Below, piece by piece: positions 18,565 to 27,837 of a stretch of DNA of 64,000 nucleotides. Location of the stretch: IMG/VR virus record IMGVR_UViG_3300035703_000016, positions 32,001 through 96,000 of that record, one strand, 5' to 3'. The number at the start of each line of letters is the position of its first letter. Positions within the stretch are counted from its first letter, which is position 1. The translations under genes and the position numbers were made by a program. Below the pieces are notes generated by a model. It worked only from the letters and a program-made list of their open reading frames with translations, did not search any database and had not been told where the DNA came from. Source of the stretch: a virus.

Positions 18565-19644
18565 TTATTCTGAATCATCAAAAATATCTGATGAATTTTC
18601 TGGTTCTTCTATTAAGTCAAAATCTTCAGTTCCCAAAGTCTTTAACCATTCATGAGCATGAGTCTTTTTATAAGATTCGATTTCTTTTTTATCATCATTT
18701 ATAAATCCATGAACAGTCATTATAACTTTTCCAATAGCTGTTACTCCAGTAATGTGATTTTTATCACAACTTAATCTAGTTCTTTTTGCAAACTCTACTG
18801 TTTTTCCATTTTTACTAGCATTTATTTTATTAGTGCCTGCATTTGTTATATTTCCAAAAGTTAAAACTAAAGAAGCGTCAAACCACATAGTATTACCACC
18901 TTTATTTTGCATTTTTGGTTGACCTAGTCTTACTTCTGGTTTTGCTACCCAAACTTTATTAATAGCAACTAATGTGTTTGTATATTTTTGACTTTCTTTT
19001 CTAGACATTATGATCCTTTGGTTGATAAAATTACCAAATTGTTGACTCATAGCTCCAGCATTCCACTCGTTATTATTGGAATTTGATTCTATGCTTAATC
19101 TACATGGAATTGATCCAACAGAATCCCAGAAAAAACAAATATTATAAGGTAGATTTTCTTTTTTTTGTTCATCTAATATATCAGCAATAAATGCAGAGAC
19201 GTCTTCTACACAATTCATTTTTTCTCTATCTACATAAATAAAAAATCCGCTATAGTCTACTACTTCTCCAGTAGTTTCATCTACTACTTCATCAAATTTT
19301 AATCCCATTGACTTTGCATGCTCCCAAGACCACTTCATTTCTGTAATTATAAAAACTGGTAAAATCCCCATAGATTGAGCACTAACTGCTGCTTCCAATA
19401 GCGCTGTTGTTTTTCCAGTATCTGAGTGACCTCTCAAAAGAGTTATATGACCTAATGGTATTCCTGAAATTTGTAAAGTATCTTGAAATGCTTGAGATAG
19501 AGGAATCCACCTAGTCTCTTTAAATTTTACAGAAGTGCTCGATAAATTTTTAGATTTTTTAAATTTATCTAAACTAAAAGAGCCCTTTATAGCATCTGAT
19601 ACACTAGAAATAACCCCTTCTTTTTTTTCTTTGTCTTTTTTCAT
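18565..19644 (-). CDS. RecA/UvsX-like recombinase
   Basis: GHSDTGKT Walker A, WDSVGS Walker B, IN..W, KGG, KNH. Confidence 0.85.
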   Translation of the reverse strand: MKKDKEKKEGVISSVSDAIKGSFSLDKFKKSKNLSSTSVKFKETRWIPLSQAFQDTLQISGIPLGHITLLRGHSDTGKTTALLEAAVSAQSMGILPVFIITEMKWSWEHAKSMGLKFDEVVDETTGEVVDYSGFFIYVDREKMNCVEDVSAFIADILDEQKKENLPYNICFFWDSVGSIPCRLSIESNSNNNEWNAGAMSQQFGNFINQRIIMSRKESQKYTNTLVAINKVWVAKPEVRLGQPKMQNKGGNTMWFDASLVLTFGNITNAGTNKINASKNGKTVEFAKRTRLSCDKNHITGVTAIGKVIMTVHGFINDDKKEIESYKKTHAHEWLKTLGTEDFDLIEEPENSSDIFDDSE

Positions 19645-19659
19645 ATAATATATAACTAA

Positions 19660-19767
19660 TTTTTAAAAATAAAAATGGCCCTAACAATTCCGAGAACTAC
19701 TACCCTCTGCGGAAAATTAGGGCCATATAATTTAGAATATAGATTGTTTAGTAGTAGTAAACATCTA
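19660..19767 (-). ncRNA. putative structured RNA: two hairpins with complementary loops, ending in a terminator U-tract
   Basis: Hairpin 19740-19767 has loop CUACUAC; hairpin 19675-19726 has loop GGUAGUAG; followed by UUUUUAUUUUU. Confidence 0.6.
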
Positions 19768-19778
19768 ATACATATAGA

Positions 19779-20603
19779 CTACAGGTTAAATAGTTCGTCT
19801 ATTACTTTATCTGTATCTGATTTTTTTGTGCTAAGAGAAAAAGATTTTGGTTCAGCATCTTTTCCTTTTTGCCAAGGTAAATCTCCAGATGTTTCTGATT
19901 CTTCTATAACTGCTGCTGGTTTTTCAGTTTCTTCTTCAGGAGTCAAATGAGCCTGTAAAGCTGCTTTCATATCTTCATAAGAATGCTTTGTATACGCTTC
20001 TAGAGGATTTGGCTGCTCGGTTAACCACTTTTTAACTTCTGCTTCTTTTTCTGATAAAGGGGTTATTTTAGTTCTTACTCTTACTTTTGATTGAGTATAC
20101 TGTGTTCCATTCTGTTCTGGAGAAGTTGTTTCTATTGTGATATCACGTCCAGAAATAGGATCTGTATAATCGCCAACGTCTTCATCTTCCATAATAGCGA
20201 TCAGTTCCATATAAACTTGTTTGCTAAATTCCCAAAGCATTACACCTTTGTCTTCTTCTCCTCTTACTATTACAGGAACCATTACTCTCATTCTAGGTTC
20301 TAGCTTTTTAGCAAGCTGCCAATCTTCTTTATTTGAAGACTTTCTTAATTTTTGAGTAAATTCAGAAATAGGATCTTTTTCTCCATAATTAGAAGGAGAC
20401 ATCATCGTCTTATTGTTTATGCCATAATACACATAAACTTCTTTAAAAGGATTGGTTTTATCGAAAACTGATGGTAAGATTCTTACTGAATGTTTTCCTA
20501 CAGATGGTCTCCAAAGAGTTTTAGGTTTATTGTCTCCTTTTGCTGATTTTGGATTTTGTAATGCAGCTAATCGCTGCTTCAATGCTGAAATGTCAATTGC
20601 CAT
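19779..20603 (-). CDS. single-stranded DNA-binding protein (T4 gp32-like)
   Basis: LWRP...VRILP, DPI, GRDI, acidic tail ending DELFNL; position next to the recombinase. Confidence 0.85.
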   Translation of the reverse strand: MAIDISALKQRLAALQNPKSAKGDNKPKTLWRPSVGKHSVRILPSVFDKTNPFKEVYVYYGINNKTMMSPSNYGEKDPISEFTQKLRKSSNKEDWQLAKKLEPRMRVMVPVIVRGEEDKGVMLWEFSKQVYMELIAIMEDEDVGDYTDPISGRDITIETTSPEQNGTQYTQSKVRVRTKITPLSEKEAEVKKWLTEQPNPLEAYTKHSYEDMKAALQAHLTPEEETEKPAAVIEESETSGDLPWQKGKDAEPKSFSLSTKKSDTDKVIDELFNL

Positions 20604-20663
20604 AATATTTCGTAAATGTTTATAATTAAATGTATAAAAGTAGATTGATATAAAAAAACAAAT

Positions 20664-21086
20664 CTATGAAGTCGTAATTATCTTATGAACTAGTGTATTT
20701 AATTTTCTAAATTCATTTCCTTGAGTTAGTAATAAAGAATTTTTATACTCATTCCAGTCTACAGAAACTCTACTATCAGAAATTCCATTATTTAATCTTT
20801 GTATTAAATTATTTAAAGCATTTATAGTATATAGAGTATTTGTTTCTTTTTTTCTATGAAGTAGTATAGTATTACTTATAATGTATGTTTGTTGATCTTC
20901 TACTTCGATATTGTAAGTACACATATATTCTTCTGATTCTGGAGAAGCAAGAACAAATATCTTATTATATAGGATTTTATATTGACTATTTATCTCTGCT
21001 AGTCTTTGATCTAATCTGTCTTTTGGAGTAAAGCTACAAAACAGCCTATTCATGAGTGATTGTTGCGTTAATGTTATCGATGCCAT
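20664..21086 (-). CDS. conserved hypothetical phage protein
   Basis: HRKKETNTLYTINALN motif; ATATTTAT at 21099-21106. Confidence 0.65.
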   Translation of the reverse strand: MASITLTQQSLMNRLFCSFTPKDRLDQRLAEINSQYKILYNKIFVLASPESEEYMCTYNIEVEDQQTYIISNTILLHRKKETNTLYTINALNNLIQRLNNGISDSRVSVDWNEYKNSLLLTQGNEFRKLNTLVHKIITTS

Positions 21087-21112
21087 AACCTTTTATTTAT
21101 AAATATCGTCTT

Positions 21113-22417
21113 TTAGTTAAAAAAATAAGTTTTTGAATGTCTATGTTTTACTTTAAATTCTCCCTCTTCTAAAATTTGTTTTACTTTTATTAAAAACTCT
21201 TTTCCGTCTTCTATAGAATAATCGAATAAAAAAGAATCATACGTAATAAGTACTAATTTACTTTTATAATTTTGCATCATTTCCCTTAGTTTCTCTATTT
21301 TATAAGAATTTACTCTTGTTTCTAAATTCTGAATCCAATAATTAAATAATTTAAGAGCAGTTATTTCAGAATCTCTTTTTAACATTATCCCCGTTGGTAG
21401 CGTTATGGATCCTTGTTTTTTATACTTAGCCCATATTTTGTTTATAAAATTATCTAAAGATGAAAAAAATAAATGTTTTTTGTATTTATCTTCTATTCCT
21501 CCATATAACTGTCTAAAAGTTATCTCTTTAGATTTATTATACTCTTCTTCTGTTAAATTACTTTTATTAAAGTATATTTTTCCTAATTGAGCGTGTATAG
21601 ACTCTTGAGTATCTTCAAATTGATAATTAATTTGCTTAGCTATTAGTCTTAAATGATAACTGTCAAAATCGAATTCTATTAAATAATCATATCTTGGAAT
21701 AAAACAATCTCTAAACTCTTTATTTTTAGGAATTGCTACAAAATTAATTCCGTTGTATGAGTTTGTAGGTCTACCTGTTGTATTATACATATTATAGTAA
21801 GAATATGCTAATCTAGATTTTATAAAAACTCTACTATCTTCTATTCCATATACTTTTTCAAATAATTTTTGATTTATGCAAATACCAGATTTCTCAACCC
21901 ACTTATATAAAAGGGATATTTTATTTAAAATAGAATAATCATTTTCTAAATCAATTAAAGATTGTACTTTATTGTATAAATTTTCACATCTTTCATAATG
22001 TTTTGTTATAGGAATAATTTCATTTATGCTATCTAATTGTCGTAGTCTTGAGTTAAATTCTCTATGTAAAATTGTACTATATTCTAGTTTTGATGAGTCT
22101 ATCCCCTGTTCTACTCTAGTAAATTGTAAATCTATAACATTCTCTAAATTTAAAAAATAAGAATGAAATTTATAATCCAATAAATACACTTTTTTATGGC
22201 AGTTTATGAAACATTCAATTTGAGCTACTTCTAGGCTAAATCCTTCGCTATGATTCACTGAGAGTATATAACCTTTAGTTCCATCATTATAATAGACCAG
22301 AGAGCATCTGGATAGCTCAGGATGGCATTTATCTGAAGATGGTATTAATTGAATGAAACAAACATCGCTTTTTGGTAAATTATCTAATTGTTCTTTTGTT
22401 TCAATAATAAAATACAT
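21113..22417 (-). CDS. short, divergent family A polymerase paralogue
   Basis: TTGRP.N, motif A DFDSYHLR, motif B K..TF..LYGG, motif C TYDS; exonuclease motifs degenerate. Confidence 0.8.
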   Translation of the reverse strand: MYFIIETKEQLDNLPKSDVCFIQLIPSSDKCHPELSRCSLVYYNDGTKGYILSVNHSEGFSLEVAQIECFINCHKKVYLLDYKFHSYFLNLENVIDLQFTRVEQGIDSSKLEYSTILHREFNSRLRQLDSINEIIPITKHYERCENLYNKVQSLIDLENDYSILNKISLLYKWVEKSGICINQKLFEKVYGIEDSRVFIKSRLAYSYYNMYNTTGRPTNSYNGINFVAIPKNKEFRDCFIPRYDYLIEFDFDSYHLRLIAKQINYQFEDTQESIHAQLGKIYFNKSNLTEEEYNKSKEITFRQLYGGIEDKYKKHLFFSSLDNFINKIWAKYKKQGSITLPTGIMLKRDSEITALKLFNYWIQNLETRVNSYKIEKLREMMQNYKSKLVLITYDSFLFDYSIEDGKEFLIKVKQILEEGEFKVKHRHSKTYFFN

Positions 22418-22474
22418 GACATAACCTATTTTTATTAAAGTATTTTATTTTTTGAATTTTTTTTAACTTTTGTT

Positions 22475-23149
22475 CTAAGTGTTAGGTCTTGCCCATTTTG
22501 AGTAGTCTCCTCCTATAAAATCAATTATTCCAAGTAAAGTTCTATTTAAATTTTCTGTGAGTCTCTTATTCACATCTATTATTCCAGATCTAGTATCATA
22601 TTGATTTATTCTAATAGAATTTAGAGGACCAGTTAATTTCCAAAGAATTTGACCTGTTTGATACATAGATATATCATAAGAAGCTGATCCGTCTTGAATG
22701 CTATTGTATTCTTGTTCTGAAATCTCGATTATAAATCCGATATTATTTTTCTTTTTCACAAAATACCTAATAATGTATCCTCTATCGTAATCACTTGGAA
22801 GAGGGAGCGGATAAAACGATAAAGGACCTGTTGTTGAATTTCCTATTCCATATACCGATTGTTGAGTTGTTGGAGAGGTTATGTTTTTATTATTAGGTGT
22901 AGAATTAGAAAGAGCATCTATCAGTATAGGAGACAAACTTTTATTTGTCAATACTGGAGATTGTTTATATTGTTGCACTGGAGTTAATAACTCGTTTGGT
23001 CCTGAAATAGGATCAGTTCCTGAAAATGCTTTACCGTCATACGTTGTATAAAATTTACCAACATATGGTTTTCCATTTACAGTAAAATCTCCACCAGCTG
23101 TGTTTTGATTAGTCTGTACTCTAAATGAAGGATAATATTTTAATGACAT
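22475..23149 (-). CDS. putative virion/baseplate-associated protein
   Basis: Last gene of the tail operon; PYVGKFY and DYDRGYIIRYF motifs. Confidence 0.5.
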   Translation of the reverse strand: MSLKYYPSFRVQTNQNTAGGDFTVNGKPYVGKFYTTYDGKAFSGTDPISGPNELLTPVQQYKQSPVLTNKSLSPILIDALSNSTPNNKNITSPTTQQSVYGIGNSTTGPLSFYPLPLPSDYDRGYIIRYFVKKKNNIGFIIEISEQEYNSIQDGSASYDISMYQTGQILWKLTGPLNSIRINQYDTRSGIIDVNKRLTENLNRTLLGIIDFIGGDYSKWARPNT

Positions 23150-23150
23150 A

Positions 23151-26100
23151 TTACGTTAATGTTGAAGTATTATCTTTAAATATAGTATTTGCTGCGGCAA
23201 GTCTACCATTAAAATTAGCTGATTCTGCTTTTGGCCTTTCATACTTATTCATTATAATTTTTGTAGCTTGTTCTACAGTAGATGAAGTTTTTATTTCAGA
23301 TAATACATTTGGATAATCTTTTTGTAATTCTTCTACTACAAATTCTAATTGAGTATATAAGTCTGATACGCTTTTATTTTTTTTATATGCAAACATTCTT
23401 AGCTTATCTTGTCTACTTTTTATAGTCCACTGCGCTAGTCCATATCCTACATTTGGAGTTAGCGGAGCAGCTGTTGAGACTTGAGTTGCATTTGGATTTA
23501 ATCTACTTTCTTGCCAAAAATTTCCAACAAATGCAGATGCTTGTTCTGAAGTAAAAATTTCTTTACTTTTTGGAGTAGATTTTCCCGTAAAAAACTGATA
23601 AATTAAATTTGCATTTCTTGGTAAACTTATATTTATTTGTTCTGGGATTATATCTTGATTTTGGATTTCTACTTGAGTTGGAATAATGTCTCTAACTTCT
23701 GACTGACCTTTACTTGGATTTCTTATAAGAGTCATAAATCCATCAATACTAGTTGTCCATTGATTATCTGAAATTGTATGAGATATTTTTGATATTGAAA
23801 AAGCCGTCTTTCTTAAATTTCCTGCTCCATCACTAAGATTTATAGAACTATATCTATACGGTAATAATCTTTCATCTATTGTATATAATTGAAATGGAAA
23901 TAATCCAGACATCCCATCCATTACGACATTAGATTTAACAGGTATTATCATAGCATGTAAACTTTCAGGCTGTTCATTTTTTACTTTTGCCATTTTATCA
24001 ATATAATATGACATAGCTTTATTAATAGAGTCTCTTGATATAAAAAGAGTATCTTGATTTTCACTACCGTCTTCTCTAGAAATACTATAAATACTCTTTA
24101 CTACGTTGTTAAAATTTATAGCAAGTTGAGCAGCTGGAAGATTAGAAGATTCATCCTCAGAATTAGAAGGATCACTAAATTTATATGGAAGATATCTATC
24201 AAAAGATCCAGAATTATAAATTCCAAAATCAGAAGTATTTTTAGAATTTGATACTTGATCTTGAATTCCTGGATTTGAAGATATTGCTATTAAACTAGCT
24301 AGTCTTGAACTTAAATCCGTGCTAATGTTAAATGATCTAGCTATAGATTTTTTGCCATAAATAGGTATTTCGTATTCGTCTGATTGTGAATTAACTATAG
24401 AACTATGAACGCTTTGTAAAGATTCATCTGGTCTTATTTGTATCTGATCATCAGTTATAACATAACAATTAGCTGTATCACTATAGGATAATCTAAATGA
24501 ATTATATAAACCCATACTTTTATTCAAATCAGTTAATATTTTTTCTATGACTGTTTGAAAATAGGCTTCGTTGGTACTACTACTGTTTTTTATAGTCTGA
24601 ATCACATCTTGTAATAGATAATTTATGTCAACCATTACATTCATCAGTCTTCCTATATATCCGTCAGGTTTACCTCCAAATTTTGGAATTTTTTGTTGAG
24701 GAAGAGCGCCACTTAATTTATCATTTGAAAAATCAAATAAAGGTGTTGGTGCTTGAATTGGAATTTGTTGATTTGTATCTTGCAGTTTTGGTAGAACAGC
24801 TTTTATTGAATCATTTTCTATTAATGTTTTATTAAATAACTTTTTATAGTCTTGATTTTTTCCTATGTATGGCACTATAAATTTGTAAGGATCTATAGAT
24901 ATTTGATTTATGCTACTTAAATAAAAATTCGTTTCTGGGTTAAAATCTAAATAAGTCACTGGAGTGAGTGTATCTCCGGTTTTTAATTTTCCAACTGTCT
25001 CTTTGTTATAAAGTAAACTGGTGTGATTTAGCATCAAAAAGAATAATCCTAAATTAATATAGACAGATAGCTTTGGTTTAGAACTTACTTCTAAATCACA
25101 AGATTCTCCGTAAGGAACGGGAACTATTTTAAATAACTCTTTAAAGTTTACTTGAGGAATTACGCCTTTAGCCATTTGATTTTTTAAAATCATCGTGCTA
25201 TTTGAATCATTTTTATAGGCATTTTCCCCAGACATTAAATAAAAATTATTTCCATATCTTAGATTTGCTTCTAATCTATCTAAAGAGTTTAATGTTCCAC
25301 TTATATACTTCTTAAAAAACTCATCATCATATTTTGAATAATCTTCTTCCCACGGAATTCCTTTATTAAATATAGGAGCGTATACTCCTTCAGAAAATAA
25401 ATTTTTTATAAAGTCTTTGTATTCAGGTCTAGATAATAATTGTCTATTAGTCGCATTATTTACTCCGTATAAAAGTATTGATCTTAACATGAGTTCAATA
25501 GTAGACTCAGAATCTACTGTGCCTCTTAAAGCTTCAGCGTTATATTCATTCTGCAAGTCCCTTTCTTTTTGAGATAATTGAGCTAATGCGTCATTTTCGG
25601 CTTTTTGAATAGCAGCATTTCTCTCTTGAAGAAATTTGTTTTCTCTTAAATTTTGAGGACCAATTATGCTGGTTATTATTCCAAAATCTGAATAATCAGA
25701 TATTTTATTTCCAAGTATAATTTTATATTCAGAATTATTTTTTACTGATAATACTATCTTAGAGTGGCTAGAAATATCTGTTTCTATACTATCTATATAA
25801 TACTCTGTATTTGGATTTGAAAATAAAGACTTTGCTGTATCAATAGATCCTCCAGAAATATCAAGTGTTATAGAAAATTTAATATTATTTTTTTGATAAG
25901 ACATATTATCACCAGACTCTTGAAATAATATGTCTACATAGTTTGTAGATGATTTTCTGTCTCCTATTTTTATGTCTAAATTTAATAAAGTTACTCCATC
26001 TATTTTATTATTAACCAATCTATATAAGTAGTCTGTATCTAATTTAACTGATATATTCCCAAAAGATTTTTGTTGGGGTTGACTAGTAATTGCAATATAT

Positions 26101-27524
26101 TTTTCTTTTAGATTATCTTGTGAAGTTTCTCCAAAAAATACAATACCGTCTTTTATATAATAAATCTCTAACCCCTCTACAGTAGATGACTTACTTAAAT
26201 TTTGTTTAATCTTGAAGTTATCTAGTAATGTCTTCGATCTTTTCTTATAATATTCAACGTCTAAATTTGATATTTCTTCTGGTATGACTAATCCAGGAAC
26301 TGCTATAAACTCTCCTGTTCTTGTGTAAATTTTTCTTACTGGAAGAACTTCGGCTGTTTCAGAAACTATAGTCTTTCCGTCTCCGCTGTCTTGTAGATTT
26401 TGATTATTTTTATATTCAGTAAATACTTGAAAATCTCCAGCATTTTTTGAATTTGTGTTAAATAGAACATTACTTAACTTATCAGAAATATCCAATTTTG
26501 CCCAAAGACTTTCGCTTGATTGAATTTTATTTTGAGCCTCTTCAATTGCTTTTTGTTTATCTAATTCTATTTGTTTTAGTATAGCGCTTTTTTCTTTAGA
26601 TTTTTCATTACTCAAATATAACTTTAATTGTTCAAAATAAACATTAGCAAGAGAAGATTTATGAGTAATGGCATAATTTCCTAATACAGATCCAAGCGCT
26701 GTAACTTTTATAATACAATCATACCCACCGTCTTGAGTCAATGTAAAATTAAAAGAAGTAACTAATCCTAACATTCCTCCATAGTTTCCGTAAGATTGTC
26801 TTATATTTGTTGATATTTTTAATCCTATATCTTCTTTTGTAAGTCCAGCTTCAAACGGATTTATCATAAACTGCTCAGACGATTGGATTTTACCAGCATT
26901 ATCATAATACTTTGCATGACCCCACTCCAAAAGAATAGTAAATCCTAAACGAAAATATAATGCATCCATTATGTCAAGCTGATACTTATCCCATACTTTA
27001 AAATTGATGGTAGCTTGTCTAAGAGATCCCATTCTACCTGTTGATTCTACAGTTACAGATGATATTCCAGGCATTGGTTTATACCCAAAGTCTTTTATCT
27101 CTTGCTGACCTAGTAAATTATAAGAATCTAATCCTGATCTTAAATTCATGCCTCTAGTCGTAGATCCGTTAAGATCTCCGATTTCTATATTATTTATACC
27201 TAAAGTGGGTAAATTTAATTGTTGACTTTCAAAAGCATAAGTAGAAGTGCCTCCGTATAAAATAAAATTCTCAGCTAGACTTCTATCATTTGGTAATCCT
27301 AATTGATATGTGCTTTTTAGATAATTTCTAAAATTTTCTTCAAAATTAGCAGAAGATACAACTCTCACCCAAGCTGTTTTATTCGCTAAATAAATTAAAT
27401 CGTCATTTTGTCTCAATTCTCCAGACCCAAGCTCACTTCTTTTTTTTAGTTGACTTGCGGCCCATTCATATATTGGGTAACCAGCTACATTACAAATTCT
27501 TTCTAATTCTTGATTGTTTGGCAT
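23151..27524 (-). CDS. baseplate hub-like protein with C-terminal phage tail lysozyme domain
   Basis: PMPGI and LEWG hub-like N-terminus; C-terminal GNFWQES.LNP, GLAQWT, QLEF, YERP. Confidence 0.75.
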   Translation of the reverse strand: MPNNQELERICNVAGYPIYEWAASQLKKRSELGSGELRQNDDLIYLANKTAWVRVVSSANFEENFRNYLKSTYQLGLPNDRSLAENFILYGGTSTYAFESQQLNLPTLGINNIEIGDLNGSTTRGMNLRSGLDSYNLLGQQEIKDFGYKPMPGISSVTVESTGRMGSLRQATINFKVWDKYQLDIMDALYFRLGFTILLEWGHAKYYDNAGKIQSSEQFMINPFEAGLTKEDIGLKISTNIRQSYGNYGGMLGLVTSFNFTLTQDGGYDCIIKVTALGSVLGNYAITHKSSLANVYFEQLKLYLSNEKSKEKSAILKQIELDKQKAIEEAQNKIQSSESLWAKLDISDKLSNVLFNTNSKNAGDFQVFTEYKNNQNLQDSGDGKTIVSETAEVLPVRKIYTRTGEFIAVPGLVIPEEISNLDVEYYKKRSKTLLDNFKIKQNLSKSSTVEGLEIYYIKDGIVFFGETSQDNLKEKYIAITSQPQQKSFGNISVKLDTDYLYRLVNNKIDGVTLLNLDIKIGDRKSSTNYVDILFQESGDNMSYQKNNIKFSITLDISGGSIDTAKSLFSNPNTEYYIDSIETDISSHSKIVLSVKNNSEYKIILGNKISDYSDFGIITSIIGPQNLRENKFLQERNAAIQKAENDALAQLSQKERDLQNEYNAEALRGTVDSESTIELMLRSILLYGVNNATNRQLLSRPEYKDFIKNLFSEGVYAPIFNKGIPWEEDYSKYDDEFFKKYISGTLNSLDRLEANLRYGNNFYLMSGENAYKNDSNSTMILKNQMAKGVIPQVNFKELFKIVPVPYGESCDLEVSSKPKLSVYINLGLFFLMLNHTSLLYNKETVGKLKTGDTLTPVTYLDFNPETNFYLSSINQISIDPYKFIVPYIGKNQDYKKLFNKTLIENDSIKAVLPKLQDTNQQIPIQAPTPLFDFSNDKLSGALPQQKIPKFGGKPDGYIGRLMNVMVDINYLLQDVIQTIKNSSSTNEAYFQTVIEKILTDLNKSMGLYNSFRLSYSDTANCYVITDDQIQIRPDESLQSVHSSIVNSQSDEYEIPIYGKKSIARSFNISTDLSSRLASLIAISSNPGIQDQVSNSKNTSDFGIYNSGSFDRYLPYKFSDPSNSEDESSNLPAAQLAINFNNVVKSIYSISREDGSENQDTLFISRDSINKAMSYYIDKMAKVKNEQPESLHAMIIPVKSNVVMDGMSGLFPFQLYTIDERLLPYRYSSINLSDGAGNLRKTAFSISKISHTISDNQWTTSIDGFMTLIRNPSKGQSEVRDIIPTQVEIQNQDIIPEQINISLPRNANLIYQFFTGKSTPKSKEIFTSEQASAFVGNFWQESRLNPNATQVSTAAPLTPNVGYGLAQWTIKSRQDKLRMFAYKKNKSVSDLYTQLEFVVEELQKDYPNVLSEIKTSSTVEQATKIIMNKYERPKAESANFNGRLAAANTIFKDNTSTLT

Positions 27525-27527
27525 AAC

Positions 27528-27836
27528 CTATCTTACAGTATTAATTGATTTATATTTATTCAAAATTGTTTGTAAATCTGAAGGAAGTCTTAATTGCATT
27601 CCAACTGGTGGGAATAAACTATCTCCTGGAAGAGAATTTGCTGAGGCTATTACCCACCAATAACTAATATCTCCATAGAAATCTAAAGATAAAAGATCTA
27701 ATCTATCCCCAAGAGTAGTTATGACATAACTATCATTATTAGAAAGTGGAATATCTGGATAAATAGCATTTACATAAAACTGTACGCCTCTTGGGTTATT
27801 TTTCGTTGTTTGTATATTTTGATATCTATTTACCAT
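27528..27836 (-). CDS. LysM/tail-X-like baseplate protein
   Basis: GDRLDLLS..FYGD..YWWVIA.AN, G.QLRLP. Confidence 0.8.
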   Translation of the reverse strand: MVNRYQNIQTTKNNPRGVQFYVNAIYPDIPLSNNDSYVITTLGDRLDLLSLDFYGDISYWWVIASANSLPGDSLFPPVGMQLRLPSDLQTILNKYKSINTVR

Positions 27837-27837
27837 A

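Noticed and set aside
19675-19767. tRNA gene
   Set aside because: No cloverleaf, T-loop (TTCGA) or acceptor stem; better explained as two hairpins with complementary loops
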